Source: Bispira polyomma
Taxonomy: Eukaryota
NCBI GenBank assembly: GCA_965649765.1
Contig: OZ287757.1
Span: 23,188,001-23,252,000, forward strand
Direction of reading: 5' to 3'
DNA: 64,000 nt
Shown here: positions 1-14,244 of the stretch, one piece after another
Position numbering within the stretch: the stretch's first letter is position 1
Layout: the number at the start of each line of letters is the position of its first letter
Made by a program: the position numbers and the translations under genes
The notes under the pieces: generated by a model
The model's database searches: none
What the model was told of the DNA's origin: nothing
Seen by the model: the letters and a program-made list of their open reading frames with translations, nothing else

Positions 1-238
1 GACTAAGGACCCATTCTTAGCTGCGTGTATACGCAATAATTGGCTCATTTGCTCTATTCATGATATTACTATAAAAGTTCAACACATTCCAGGCAAGGAT
101 AATATATACGCTGACGTATTATCGCGTGTATATTCCACACGTCCTCCTGATCCACAAATCATGTTGGCTCTTAGTAAGCACACACGTAGAGATGTCCCCT
201 TACACTATCATAATTTAGATTTTAATATCTGATTACAG

Positions 239-1214
239 GTTCCACACAAGCATCATTGGCTCTGGGGGATCCTGCCATCAGGAGAATCCACACAGCTCTC
301 AGACCTTCCACCACTGCAGCTTATACTTCGCAGTTTAGAACATTTCTTTCTTTTCTGCATTATGTTAACATGCACCATATCTCTATCCACTCTATTTTGG
401 CCTTTTTGGAGTATTTGGCCCAGAATGGCCTTTCCCCTAAAGTTATTAAAAACTACCTGGCTGCTTTAAGGTTCATGACCCAGAAGTTTAATATCCTCCC
501 AGATATTTTCCATCACAATTCCATCTCTCTGTTTATTCGTAGTTTGTTACACAATTCTCACTTCAGGCCCTCCCCAAAGGGTTATTCTCCATCAAACACT
601 TGTCCTTCATTTCTCAGGCCTGTCATATATCACAGGACCCCATTCTTTTTAGATCCATTTTTCTTGTGGCCTTTTATGGCTTTTTAAGATTGTCCAATAT
701 CGCTCCCCACTCTAGGGCCAAGTTTGATCCCACCAGACACATTCTTAGACAGGATGTGGTCTTTGGTTCCCCTGGGGCCCACTTAATTATTAAGTGGTCC
801 AAGAATATGCAAGATAGGACCTCTACACATGTCATACAGCTTCCTTCCATCTCTGTCCCTCACATATGTCCAGTGCAGGCTCTTTCCGCACTCCTTTCCT
901 CTAGGGACCTACCCCCTTCTGCTCCACTGTTTGTTGTTTCTAAACCCCCTCATTTTCCCATCATTGATTCACATGTCAGATCTGCCCTTAGGCAAATTCT
1001 ACTCCATCTTGGAATTGATCCTTCATTCCATGGTTTTCATACTTTTCGCAGGTCTGGCACTACAGCAGCTTTTATTAATAACGTTTCCCTCCAAAATATT
1101 ATGGCCCATGGCGTTTGGCGTAGTTCCGCCGTGTGGTCTTACCTCCAATCCACCTCCCAAGCTGCTTCCATTGTTCCCAATACTTTCTCCTCCATTGTCT
1201 CTTCCTCCATTTAG
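239..1214 (+). pseudogene. Tyrosine recombinase of copy 1, one frameshift near 580 (ORFs 256-687 + 600-1214)
   Basis: YR motifs FYGFLRLSN, KWSK, HTFRRSG, HGVWRSSAVWSY; colinear with intact YR 35511-36487 after restoring one base in a G run (mutation or sequencing error). Confidence 0.85.
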
Positions 1215-1645
1215 TTGGGTTTGGGCTTATATTAAAATCTCATTTTATAACATTTTAATATACTTTTACCTACCCTGTACATATATACTAACCTGTACAG
1301 AATAAAATACCTCAAACCTTATTCTGGTTCTCACTTAGCTTTCACCATAACTTCTCCTCCACTTCAACCTTCACCTTTGGGAACTGTTTTATACTTATCC
1401 GCCCTGCAGAAAGTCATTATGATTCCACTATGTGAATTAGGCAAGTCTTCTCTGTGCACATACAAACACTTTTCTTAGCAGCGGTATCTATTTACAAACT
1501 CAAACTGCCCTTATATAATGATTGAGAGGAAAGAATTTGAAGAAAGTCTTGAGTAGGGGTGCTTGTTTGGTGGGGGATACCTTCCGGTATTTTGGGCTGC
1601 TGTCCCCCACCTAAAGTATGTAAATAATATCCAATAATGTATACA

Positions 1646-1783
1646 CTCATTAGTGTAAACCAATGTATATATTGTGTGTATATATTTTTCATGTATTTAA
1701 ATACTATAAACAATGCTCATTAGTGTAAACCAATGTATATATTGTGTGTATATATTTTTCAGGTAATTAAATACCATAAACAA
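1646..1783. repeat. Tandem duplication, 70-bp period, 2 copies
   Basis: ctcattagtgtaaaccaatgtatatattgtgtg.. starts at 1646 and 1716. Confidence 0.9.
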
Positions 1784-2504
1784 CCAGTGATTAGGTCTGT
1801 CAGTTTAATAAACTGGCTATTTCAATCCATCACAGTTGTTTCCTTTTGTTGATAACACTCTGGCGCAGGGTAGCTATAAACAAATATCACATTTATACTG
1901 ACAAGCCTGATGTTTTCCCCTTAGGTGTATGTCACTCATCCCTGGTCAGTGTGTGGGGAGGGAGCCTAACTTACCAGAGAAGCAACATTCATTTCTTATA
2001 TTCAGTTTGTTTTATCTACTCTCACCAAGCACATCATTAATCTGTATCTGTTATAAATTTGTGTGTGTTATTACAATTACTGAATGCTGTGCTATCAACA
2101 TTATAATTGTTGTTTGTAAACTATTTTGTACTTTTATGAATCTGTTGCGATTAGCATTTGCTTGTTTTTACTGCAACTGTTTGAGGATGAGATTGTAGCT
2201 ACTGGCAACAGAGCAACCACCCTAGGCAAAACTTTACAAAGCTAAAGCTAAATGGCTACATACCATATTAAAGATGAATATTTGTTCTAATGTTGCTTGA
2301 TGTGCGAATAATGCTTACATGCCAGCTTTAATTTATCATTTGTGTCCAGCTATTAGATTAATTATTACAAACTAAAAGAAAAGATGATTTTTGTTCTATA
2401 TTATTTATGACTTGTTGGATTTGTTAACCAATTTGCCAATGAAAGTGGCAGAAAACTCGGTCAAGAAAAAAGTGTATGGTTCTATGTGGCAGAATACTGA
2501 CAAC

Positions 2505-2642
2505 CATAAGCTACTGCTGGTTTCAGTGCAGAACCTTGATCAACTGTATGCAGTGTTTCCTCCAGCGTTTCCAACTACCTGTCCTAATATAACCTAAACA
2601 GGTACTGGAGTGGAAGTTAAATATCCAAATTCAAATTCAAAA
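2505..2642 (+). mobile_element. 5'-truncated tRNA-derived (MESC-like) SINE with (TTCAAA)n tail
   Basis: Reverse complement of the SINE body at 13251-13502 and 58003-58246. Confidence 0.8.
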
Positions 2643-4023
2643 CATCGGAACATGGACTAATGATGCTGATAGCTTTGAAATTTTAGGCTAAAAATAATTA
2701 AATTCAAATCTCTCTATCTTGTCAAGACATAATTATATATAATCAAGTAAGTCAACATATTTTGTACTACCTACAAATTCAATATTTTGGCACTGACAAC
2801 TCTCTAAATGAGAACATTATGTAAAATAACCACAACAAAATGTTAAATACATACAAGAGTCATGTTGATTTTATGAACACATCATGTGTCCATGTCTTTT
2901 AAACGTGACCAAAAAGAACCATTTAAATGCCAACTTTAAATATTTATCTTTCTGGGTTTGTGTATATCATCTTACATATGATGCTAACACTAGTCACCGA
3001 TATCTCATGGAGTCACTAAAATGACAAAAAGTGCCAATTTGGCAAAATGTGAGACCCTAAAAGAAAAAAGAAAAAAGACTGTCTTGGTAATAGATACAAA
3101 GGCAGTATTCCGTATCAGAGCATATCATTGTGAATAATTATTGTAATATTGTAAATATTAAGCAATAGTAAAGAATCATTGTAAGTGTTATCAATAGTAA
3201 ACAAGTTTGTGATGTTCTTTGTATCATTGGATATTACATCACCCACCCTTATTTAGAGAATATGTCATGACATCATATACTGCATAAGTACAAATTTTCA
3301 CACCTGGAAATAATTTTATCTATTTTAGTTAATGAGTTGGCAAAGTGAAAATTCATTCCCAGTAAAAATTAGAACTTGTAATGATATTTTAAACTAAAAA
3401 ATAGCCAAATAGTAAAAATTAATTCGCGTGAACTTCTCAAATATTTTTTAAAAGTGAGAGTTTTCTTTCAGCTTAAACTTTCCACTTATACAGTAGTTCT
3501 TTTAGCCAGAGGGGAAGTTACATGATAATATATTTCTCTAATTTCTCACGATAAAGCAGACTTGTGACACGAGACATTTGAAGAAGTTTTAATTTTTATA
3601 ACTAAAAAAATATATACTTTACGGACTAATTTGTGCTGAAGTAGTCTAACAAACAGATATCTTATATTACGTACATAAATGTTATTATGACTAGTATACA
3701 ACCATGCAAATATATATGGACAATGCTTTTAAAATGCCTAGGATGCAAGACAAGCGTTGAACAATAGTATTGGTATTGTTTCATACAGTTGATGATGAAT
3801 GAATTTATTACACAATAACAAATTCTCAGTAGAAGAGTTCTCATCGATCTCTTCAGGGAATCAAGTGGCTCATTTAAGATCAGCAAGTTCATGGCAATAC
3901 TTAAGAAATCGTAAACGTTTATTGCATCTAAAATTTTTATTTGTAGAGTGGATTCTGTGAGAGTTACCTAAGCAGAGACATAAACAGCAATAAATCTGGT
4001 GTTTGCAGTGTTCCATTACAGCA

Positions 4024-6755
4024 ATGGAAGCTGTATATTGTGCACTTTTCTGGATAGTAACATTGGTTACTAAAGGTGTATCTGGAGGTTTTAAGTCATC
4101 GTGTCATATGTGCATAGAATGCCTGCCTGGAACCAGTAGAGAAGATAACTGTAAGTGACTTTGTAACAAGAACGAGTATATGGCAAATCAAGACATCTAA
4201 GAGCTATATTAAGTACTGTTAATATTCCTATAAAAGTTAAAATTTGTATAATTTTTTAATTCCAAATGTTCACTTCAGCTGTTTATATATAAAGCCACAT
4301 TCCCATCTATTCTGCTCTCAGAATTATTAATTTTTCTGAAATGTAAAACCTTTGATTTTTAGCATTAACTTTGCCATTTAAAACACCAATTGTTTACATG
4401 ATCAAGCATCAGTTGACTTTTTCAGTAATTAAAACAATATCATCTGCATATAATACAATAAGAACAAGACAAGCACCTAATTGAACCCAAGTTCCATGCT
4501 TTGAGTTCAAGTAAACGATTATTTTTATAAATACTAAATAGCATTGGTGATAAATGATATCTTTGTCTAACACCTTGCAGCGTTGCTGAGTGGTTACTTC
4601 ACAGTTTCAAGAAGTCGTTTTGATTGTCCAACACAGGGATCACCTGAATACAGTCTAGTTAGACAACTGCTTTACCTGTATCAAAGTGATGATAGACAGC
4701 TGCCTTGTCAGGAAGGTGAGTGGTTACACAGACTAGTTAAAGGCTCATTTGAAAAAAAATTCGGAAGATTGAAGATCATAGTCCAATCTATAAATTCTAG
4801 GAATGGGTGATATTCAATCCATCTATTATCAGCTAAGGCATTCCTAAGCATATCAAAGTTTGATCTTGACATAGATCTATCTATGTCCTTGACAAAGTAT
4901 TTCAGTGTTTTGTATTGCAATAATCCATAATATGTTTACACCATTAAGTCTACCTTTAATATCCTTTTTGTAACCGCGGGGCAAACAGTTTCGTCAATTT
5001 TAGTCAGTATTTAATATCAAGATATATTTCTAGATTTTAAATAAACACTCCTATTCTCTTATCGCAGAATGCTCGCCTTGTACAGCCGATGTGACCACAC
5101 ATTGCCCAGACATTTTTCCTATAGAGCAGACTCCATGGATCACCATGTTCCACTCCATCTTCAGCCAAACAACCTCAATGTACATAGACATTCCTGGTAA
5201 TGTAAAGACAACCTCCAGCCAAACAACCTCCATGAACACAAACATACCTGGTAATGGGGAGAGTTCATGGCTGCCAGTCAGGGGCAAGAGAGACCTGTGT
5301 TGTTCAGACACGTGGGTGTAACTTCAATATTCAATAAATCCACCTATTATATTTTAAATAAAGTCACTACAAGAGAAATATATGTTATGTGTCATATAAG
5401 GCAACAATGAAAAGGCTATGGACAGCATAAATTGCTTTTCTCAGGAATAGATATAAGAGATTAGTCACTTAGTACAACTTTACCAGTAGCTCTTCTTATA
5501 TTTATAAGGAAAGTCTCAGCATAAGTCAGCAGCTGCTAAGCTTCTGTTGTATTTGTTATTTAGCTGACTATCCTATATAAAAATCTTCCAACTTAGAGTC
5601 AGAACGTATGATCAACTCTTCTAATCTGGTGAGGATCTTGCCATCAATAAGCTGTACCATAGACTCACTCGTGGTCAAGGTCAGTACAATGTCCATTGTT
5701 AAATATATTGTACCTAGTTTATTGCTACCACAAAAGCTGCTGAAGAACTCTTGAGTTTAACATATTGTTACATCAGCTGTACACTCTATACTTATAGTGT
5801 CACAGTAATACTTCCCTTCACAGACAATGTGACCCTGAGAGGAAAGACTTGGTACCCTGTGTGGTTCAGAGACATAGATGAGACTCTATCGGTGAACAGA
5901 CAGCTGTATGAGGAGGCCAGTTGTGCAGGGTGAGTTTGAATATGAATTGATTTAGGTTTTCATAACTTTCTGATGGCCAGATCCAGTATTCTCGGGAGAT
6001 TTCAATCTAAATCAGACTTAAACTCAAATCTGAAGTATAAATATATTCTGAGTGAATGTAAGTAAAAACTGACTGCAAATTTGAAACCTGTACCAAAAGC
6101 ACTATTAAAATGAATAGTGGCAAATATAGGTTATTTTATGTACAAGAATTTTCAGATATCCTTTGTTTTAGTTTAAGCGTGAGGTTCTTCAGAGGACACA
6201 GGCCCTGCTGTATTGGTGGAATAAACCAGTACTAAATGCACTGGAAACCACTGACCTCGGGCAAAGTACCTAGCAAATTGTCCCGCACAACAGAAGCAGT
6301 AAGAGTCAAATCCGTTGTCTTCAGATGTGAGAGGTTACTGATATTGAAGCAAAAATCCGAAATTAATACATTCACCCTTAATATACATATGTTTACAATT
6401 CATGAGGCAGTGAAGTCGATTCGGTTCATAGTTCAAGTTTGGAACATAGTGAAAAATATCGAATCTGAAATTAACTTTCTATAGAATACTTTCAGACTTG
6501 GTCCATATCTATTGAACTATATTATTGGCAGGGGGAGCAGGTAACGTTCATGTTATAATACATATAATTATCTTCTATTTCAGTATCTGTCTTCATTGTC
6601 ACACTGAACAAACAGTACACTTTGTGTTAATGACCACAAACCGACCATCGCCTAAATGGGGACATCTCTTCACACTCTTCAATAGTTTCATCCTGCAGAA
6701 CATCAAGTTTGTGCCTGTCTACAAGGATGGCTACTGTAAATGTTTCTCACCATAG
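4024..6755 (+). CDS. Secreted Spaetzle/cystine-knot-like precursor, copy A; exons 4024-4150, 4605-4715, 5068-5311, 5798-5929, 6584-6755 (261 aa)
   Basis: Hand-spliced with GT-AG introns in compatible phases (1,1,2,2), 786 nt open; hydrophobic N-terminus MEAVYCALFWIVTLVTKGVSG; RGKR then CC..C-x3-C-x2-C..CKC; exons 1,2,4,5 identical in length to copy C. An alternative in-frame exon-2 acceptor at 4581 is possible. Confidence 0.85.
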
Positions 6756-9456
6756 ACACTGCCTGGATTACCTTGCTCTACAGACTATGTACAGATAGTG
6801 CACTGACATGGCATCTTATTTAACTAATTTTTAGATAACTTTATTATACACAGAGATAATGCAGGGGTGTATTATGTGTAGAGTATTTGCTTCTAGAAGG
6901 TCTAATATTCTGTAAACAGGCTCCAAGGTGCATAGTTCAAACACATTGTCAAGTCTGTTATCATTGGAGCACCAAACTACCTAGACAAAGCAAATCAGTT
7001 TGAGGCTTACTTCTGAAAGATGACAGAATTGCAGTTGTCCAGTGATTTGAACATATATTTGTGAGAGGCCAATGATTATAAACACTGTTAACCAGAACAC
7101 AACCAGAGACCCTAGCTTTTGTGTAAGGTTTTTGACAAGAATTCTATTTTCTACTACAGGTGTTTATAGATATTATAATGACCTTAATCAACCATCTTAA
7201 ACTGATACTTAAATGCTTAAATTCATAAAGAAGATTTCCATATCAACCATCTTAAACTGATACTTAAATGCTTAAATTCATATATAAGATTTGCATATTA
7301 ATGTAAAAATATAGGCTGAACATGTTACTTTCTATGGAAAATAATAGACGCTACTTCTAATAAAAGAATTGTTTTAAACTATGATGGAAGCCATCCATTA
7401 TTTACCAAAAAAGTACAAATGTGTCACAGGATAAGTTTTGTTAATGTTATTTGATTTAAATTACTTTGTACAATATATATATATGCATTATCCTTTTTGA
7501 GTAAAACCTGGTGTACGCTTGCCACAGGTTCTCGTGAGCAAACATGGAGGATAATTTTACAGAAACCACAAAAAAAATCTAATATTAAATATTAAATATC
7601 CATGATAGGCATTCATTTAAGGTTGTCAAAAATACAATGAGATGTAGTTTTGACAAGCCGATTCTTGATTTTAGGGTATCATATCTTATTTTTTATATTG
7701 TCATGTCAGATTTACTATAGTAAACAACTCTGTCCTTGAGATGCATACCATTATAAAAATAAAAGCATCGGCGATGGACAGAAACTCAGTCGAACAGTAA
7801 ACGAGAGTCTTATTCACTAGTTGGTCTTGTGAAACATGCCATACATTGAATGCAACACAATCACTACTCAACGAGTTTATGTTTTTGCCCTATGTTTGTT
7901 TCAAGATTACACAAAAAAAAAAAAAAAAAAACAACTACTGAATTGATTTACATAAAAATTTTACAATTAAAATGTGTTTTATTCATTATTAACAAAATAT
8001 TCTTGCTTACTTTCAACACACGAAGAATTTTTTCACATTGGATTCAAATAGATATTCATAACCTCATACATGTTAATTCTTATTCTTTTTTTTTTAACTC
8101 TTATCAGGGGCAGCATTTGCATTCTCATAAGTTTTAAATCATCTCACTAGAAAGATGAGGAAAACTAGACCAGGTTTTCTGCTGGTATTTCTGGGATTTT
8201 TAAAGCTAAACTCTGTCTAGAGTGAAGTATGTGTTTCCATGTAGTATACGAATGACAACTTCTAGCTGAAGTGTGTTCTATCACTTTCTTTAGTTTGATA
8301 TAAAACGTTTTGATGTACCCAAAGACAACCATCGCCAGGCAAGGTAAGCACCAACAAAAAATAGTCTAAAATATTTTATTATTAACAAAAACTGACAAAA
8401 AAAAACACCTATACATGGTGAAAAATCAGCTATCGGGGGTTAAATTATTCTAAAGCTATTGTTCATCTCCTACATATAAACATAGATGCTAATGATGCTG
8501 ATAAGATTGTAACTTTAGTCAGTCTGCTACATAGGGACATAGCTTAATGATGCTGATGGGATTGTAATTTTAGTCAGTCTATTAAATTAGAATATAAACT
8601 AATGATGCTGATAGGATTGTAATTTTAGTCTACAAATAATTAAAAGTTCTCTATCTTGTCAAGACATAATGATATATATATATATTCAACGTATTTTTGT
8701 ACTGCCAATAAATTCAATCTTTGAAGCTGATAACCACAACAAAATGTTTTAAACACATCTGCAAGAGTGATGCTAATTTACATACACGTTTTTTTTTAAA
8801 ACGACAAATACATATCTATGTCTTTTCACGGTAAGAAATATTCCCTAAAGTACCATTTTAAATGCCAACTTCGAATGTTTATCATCTTGCATAAGATGAT
8901 TGAGAAAACCAGTCAGAGATATTTCACGGCATCACTAAGTTGACAAAAAAAGTCCCAATTTTGGCAAAATGTTAGACATCAAAAGGAACAACAACAAAAA
9001 GAAACATAAAAACCTGTATGGAATATTATAATATTCATTCTCGTATACATGAAACATAATACAAAAAAAAAAAAAAAATAAATAAATAAAAACACAATTT
9101 ACAATTTAAACAGAAAAGTAGAAAGAAATAGTATATATTAACTGACACCGATTACAATTTAAACAGATGGAAACATCTATGACTAAACATTATTATTATT
9201 CCGTATAGACACAGAAGATCATTTTATTTGTCCCATACAAAGTAGGCATAGTGCTTTCTTGAGAAATAAAAATAGTAGATACATTAACTGAATTTAATCA
9301 ACAAACCCTAATTGATCCTTTCTAAGGTTATATTTACTACCATTTAATGCTAAGAAATAACAAGATGAGACACATATATTATCACTTTTTAGAACACTCT
9401 GTAAAAAATTCAAAAACACCTATCTAACTGAACATCATCAGGAAAGTCTTCACATA

Positions 9457-9891
9457 TCAGCGGTAACAACCCAGAGTGAGGTAACTTCCATATTTTTCTG
9501 ACACATTGTTTGCATCCTGGACTAGATAGCTTAGTTGTACAGACTCTCTGGATATATACATTTTGTGTTTGTGGACACCGAACGAATAACAGGATACAGA
9601 CATTGTGTGGACACCGAGCGGATCTCGAGACAGATTGCTGGACAGAGTGGACAAACTTGTTTATTGTTATTTATGTGGACAGGACTGTGGTCAGGTCAGA
9701 TCGGTTTCATTATTGTATTATTGTATGAACTATTAAGAGTATCTCAGTTGACTGTAATTCTGTAATTGTATAATTGTGTAATTTTATTTTATTTGTTAAA
9801 TAAATTTGTTAAGTGAAACTTTTTGTCTTTTCCTGTTACAACTTAAAAGCAACCGGTAATTGCTACCGCGCTTGCTCCCGTGACCGTAACA
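9457..9891 (+). mobile_element. Possible degenerate solo LTR
   Basis: Absent from the paralogous region near 3100-3180; internal gtggaca repeats, AATAAA, ends CCGTAACA; no clear 5' TG or TSD. Confidence 0.3.
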
Positions 9892-10937
9892 AAGTGTTAT
9901 CAATAGTAAACAATTTCGTGACGGTCCCTGTATCATTAGATATTACATCACACACCCTTATTTAGAGAATATGTCATGACATCATATACTGCATAAGTAC
10001 AAATTTTCACACCTGTCAATAATTTTACCTATTTTAGTTAATGAGTTGGTATAGTGAAAATTCATTCCCAGTAAAAATTAGATCTTGCATTGATATTTTC
10101 AACTGAAGAAACAGTCATTTAGTTAAAATTTATTAGAGTAATCTTTTCAAAATATTTTGAAAAGTGACAAATTTATTTTTGTTTAACTTTTCTACATATA
10201 CAGTATTCCTCAGTTATTTTATCCACAGGGGAAAAAGATCTAATTTACATAATAATGCATTTCTGTAATTTCTCACGGTTAAAGCAGACTTGCGACACAA
10301 TATATTTGAAGTAGGTTTAATACACAGGTCATAAGTAGACCATGTTTTCTTTGAATGGTGTGCGTGCGTGTGCACAGTGAAGACATGATTTTGGGAAATA
10401 TAATATAAATAGAAAAGTTCTTCCATATTCGAGTGGTAGATCATGGAATAAAATATACTAAGAGAAAATAAAGGATGTATAGATTCCTAAGACATGGCTA
10501 ACACATAATTTTGAAGAAATAGTTGGTTTGTAAAACAATTTGAAATTTCCTCTCTTTGAAAATGAAGTAAAGTTTGCTGTTTTTGGGTACAAACTAAGTA
10601 CAGGTGTACTATTGGGAGGGTCAGTTCTGTGTTGGTCATTTAGTGAATCAAAATGTTGTTTTGTGATGTAAAAACCCATATAGGGTAAAAAGTTTCATGT
10701 GTGTGACAGGTAAACTTAGGCTATAAAAACATTTTTTTTTCAATCTTGAATATGCTTTTGTCAGACCTGTTGAACAATGAATGAACGTTGCCTATTCTAT
10801 TTGGTATACTCAGTCATCTGTGGGTTTAAAACAGAGACATTATTTCAATCTTGAAAAGGGTTTTGTAACCTGTGGGATACTGAATGTTTTCTGTCCTCGA
10901 CGATGTTTTGATTGACTGACTCTAGACAGGACGACGA

Positions 10938-11170
10938 ACAGATATGTTACCAGAAGCAAAAGTCAACAAATCTCACATGGCAATTCACTATATACTAGAC
11001 AACGGGAAATATACGTCAATAGTTTAAAATAATCATATAAGTTATAATGTTGTGTACAACGCTAATGTATTAATCAATATACAACCACAGACTAGATAAA
11101 AAGATAACAGTTTGTCTGTTAAAAGTGCCGGGTCAGATTTGTTGACTTTTGCTTATGGTCACCACTCTGT
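10938..11170. mobile_element. MITE with ~50-bp imperfect terminal inverted repeats
   Basis: accagaagcaaaagtcaacaaatctcacatggca (left) vs tgccgggtcagatttgttgacttttgcttatggt (right). Confidence 0.75.
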
Positions 11171-11516
11171 CGGTATCAGCTGCACATCAGTAAAACACGG
11201 TTGTTTCAGCAGCAGGGAACTAGGTCTAGGTGATAAGTAGACAGGAATTAACAAAGAATAATTCAATTCTTAAATTCGTTTTCTTAATGAGCTTGGATTT
11301 AAATAAAAATTCTCAGTGATTGGGTTTAAATTTTTTATCAATCTCTTCAGTGAATAAAGTTGCTCTTTCAGGATCAGGAAATTTATGCCAATACCCAATA
11401 AATTGTAAACGTTTACTACAGCTAAAATTTCCATTGGTACACTAAACTGAGAGTTTACCGTGTATAGACAGTTGACATAATCTACAAGAAATTTAGTGCT
11501 TGCATTCAGTACTTTA

Positions 11517-12380
11517 ATTGAAGCTGTACATTGTGCACTTTTTTGACAGTAATATTGGTTACTACAGATTTATATGGAGGTTTCAAGTTATTGTGTCATC
11601 TTTGCATAGAATGCCTGCCTGGAACCAGTAGTTTTATGAAGTCTTTTCGATTGTCCCACACTGATCATAGTCCAAGCTATGGATTATAGAAATGGGGTAT
11701 ATTCAATCCATCTGTTTACAGGTGAGGCATTCATATATATCAAAGTTTGATCTGAGACAATGTGACCACTCACTGCTCTGTCATATTTCCTATAGTGCAG
11801 GCCCCATGGACTACCATGTTACACTCCATCTTCATCCAAGCAGTCTCTATGCACACAGACATACCTGGTAATGGAGAGTCAACCTCCAGCCAAACAACCT
11901 CCATGAACACAGGCATGCCTCGTAATAGAGAGAGTTCAACATGGCTGGCAGTCAGGGGCAAGAAAGGCCTGTGTAACTTTTAATAGTTTCTACTTTACCT
12001 GTACCAATTTTTGTTTACGTGGGATTTCATTGTAAATTAAAGTTAAAAGACATTTAAAATCTTGAGGGTTCATTGGAAACTTAATTAGAAACAATAAAGG
12101 GGGTTTGAATGGACATTTCTCCCTATTTATACTAAATTTACTTTATGTAATCACGTATTTGTTGTATGCAAAATCTTGTACCGACAAAGCTCCGTTATTA
12201 ATTCAATAACTATCAATTTTATTTTATATAAAGTCAATACTAGAGATATATATATGTTGTCATGTGTCATATAAGTCAACAATGACAAGTCTATGGACAG
12301 TATAAATTGCTTTTCTCCAGAATAGATAAACAATAGATGTCTCAACTCTAAATATACTACATTTCCAGTAGCTCTCCTTA
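11517..12380 (+). pseudogene. Collapsed pseudogene (copy B) of the Spaetzle-like gene
   Basis: Exon 1 with ATG>ATT and TGG>TGA, fused by deletions to pieces of exon 2, intron 2, exon 3 (ORF 11762-11983) and intron 3; RGKR changed to RGKK; truncated by an L2 fragment. Confidence 0.85.
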
Positions 12381-12389
12381 TATTGATTG

Positions 12390-13240
12390 AGTCCTAGATT
12401 GGATTAGATCCTATCTGAATGACAGAACCCCAAAACAAACTGGATGGTCACTTTTCATCCTCATTCAGTCTTCCTTTTTGGATACCCTAGGAGTTGGTCC
12501 TCGGGCCTCTACTTTTTACAATCTAAACACATCCCCTTGGTACAGTTATCAATAATAACAATATTAAACACCACATGTATGCTGACGACACTCAGTACAG
12601 TACACTGTCTTTCCTCAGTACAGGGTTGGATGAATTACTCCAAATTGAATTTAAATCCTGACAAAACTGAATTTATTCTCATTGGTAGTAAGAAACACAG
12701 TGAGTAATTGAGATCATTATTCCCCATTATGCTATTAGGCAATGATACACATCCCTCTGATAAAGTCAAGAATCTTGTCACCCTTGACTTTGCTTTCTCA
12801 TCTGATACACACATCAGCAACATTTGTCGCTCTTGTTACTATGACATTTGTGATATCAAAAAAAAAATCAGAAATCACTTGGATACTGCCATCATTGTGG
12901 CTAACTCTCTTGTTAGCAGCCATCTAGACTACTACAATTTCATTCTGCGTAGAAAAGTGTCACATAAATAAGTCACAGTCTATTCAGAACTATCTGTGTC
13001 GAGTCATTGTTCGACTGGGGATTAGCACTGATGTCTCTCCATAACTCAAAAGACTACATTGGCTTACAATTCATTATAGTATTTTGTTTCAAATCTATGT
13101 AGTACTTATCTCTCAACAGCCATTCTACCCTGCCGCTCGCCTTTCTCTTAGTAACCTTAAAAGTGGCAAGAGACTTTCTGTTTCTTCTGGTATACCTACA
13201 CAGAGGGCTTTCTCTGTCACTGCCCCTGTGTTAGGAAATA
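12390..13240 (+). mobile_element. Degenerate L2/CR1-group LINE, RT C-terminal half
   Basis: Frameshifted motifs HMYADDTQ, WMNYSKLNLNPDKTEFILIG, LVSSHLDYYN, LKRLHWL, RAFSVTAP. Confidence 0.85.
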
Positions 13241-13250
13241 GTCTAGAGAG

Positions 13251-13502
13251 TTTGAATTTGAATTGGGATATTTAACGTCCACTCTAGTACCTCTTTAGGT
13301 TATATTGGGATGGGTAGTTGGAAACGCTGGAGGAAACATTGCATACAGTTGATCAAGGTTCTGCACAGAAACCAACGGCCCATAGTAAGGAACTACCACC
13401 TTTCCCACATAGGCATCGATGGGATTCAAACACACGCCACCCAGAGGTGAAAGACCAGTGATTGTAAAGCGCAATGCTAACCACTAGGCCACCACGGCCC
13501 CG
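13251..13502 (-). mobile_element. Full-length tRNA-derived MESC-like SINE with 14-bp TSD
   Basis: Minus strand begins GGGGCCGTGGTGGCCTAGTGG (A box), GTTTGAATCC (B box), core TGTGGGAAAGGTGGTAGTTCCTTAC, (TTCAAA)n tail; TSD aatagtctagagag at 13237-13250 and 13503-13516. Confidence 0.9.
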
Positions 13503-14244
13503 AATAGTCTAGAGAGACAAAGGCAGTAAAACAAGTGAGAGGAAAGAGCAATATTTGAAGAAAGAAGGCAGGTAACGAGATATACAGAAAGAGTGGCAGA
13601 ATGTGGGGTGGAAGGGAGAACGGGTGGTTGGAGAGAGTGAGGGATTAAACAAGTAAATGAGTTGGGACTGTGAGAAAGAACACTGAAGTGGTGGCTGGAG
13701 AGAGTGGGAAAGAAAACAAGGAGAGTGGCTCGAGATATTGAAGAAACATGCACTTCTGCTCATTTCTCTCAAACTCAGAACGTAAAATCATCACAAACTT
13801 TAATTGTATCAGTAGTACATCTTGAATACATCTAAGATAATAGGTGACCAAAGAGGGCTGTAGCATCTGCGCTTAACAAACCTTCTTTGCTTTTGAACCA
13901 AAATATGCGGAACCGTCAATAAATAAAGTTTCACTGTTTTACGAGAGTTTTATTATTGCAAAAAATGTATTTAGCTAGACATTTAACTATTTGTTCTCCA
14001 AAGGAGTGATTATCATTTGTCCATAAACGAGCAGAATTCACAGTTTAGTGCAATACTGAGAATGCTTCATGTGATGATAGGTTTAAACTAGAAGTCAGCA
14101 GGTTTTTCTGGGGGAGGGGGCTGCCCGATTGAGAGAAATGAGCAGAAGTGCATTACTAAGTAGCATGTTTGCCAACATTGTGCCAAAAAAAATATTTATA
14201 TAGTAAAGTCTGGTTTAAATTGGTCAACGTGTACATGCCACCTG

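Larger units (their letters stand above)
1..1800 (+). mobile_element. 3' part of an Ngaro/DIRS-type YR retrotransposon (copy 1): RNase H end, YR, 3' non-coding region; right boundary approximate
   Basis: 2-232 translates to an RNase H C-terminus (TKDPFLAACIRNNW..HIPGKDNIYADVLSR) colinear with the end of pol at 33078-35504; YR follows immediately. Confidence 0.9.
8595..12380 (+). repeat. Segmental duplicate of the copy-A upstream region and gene (homologous to ~2655-5500), with insertions and deletions
   Basis: Matching blocks 2656~8598, 3183~9893, 3850~11345, 5370~12242. Confidence 0.85.

Noticed and set aside
13400-13502. tRNA gene
   Set aside because: It is the tRNA-derived head of a SINE with body, tail and TSD
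13484-13866. Overlapping minus-strand ORFs
   Set aside because: Low-complexity purine-rich tract, no recognisable motifs
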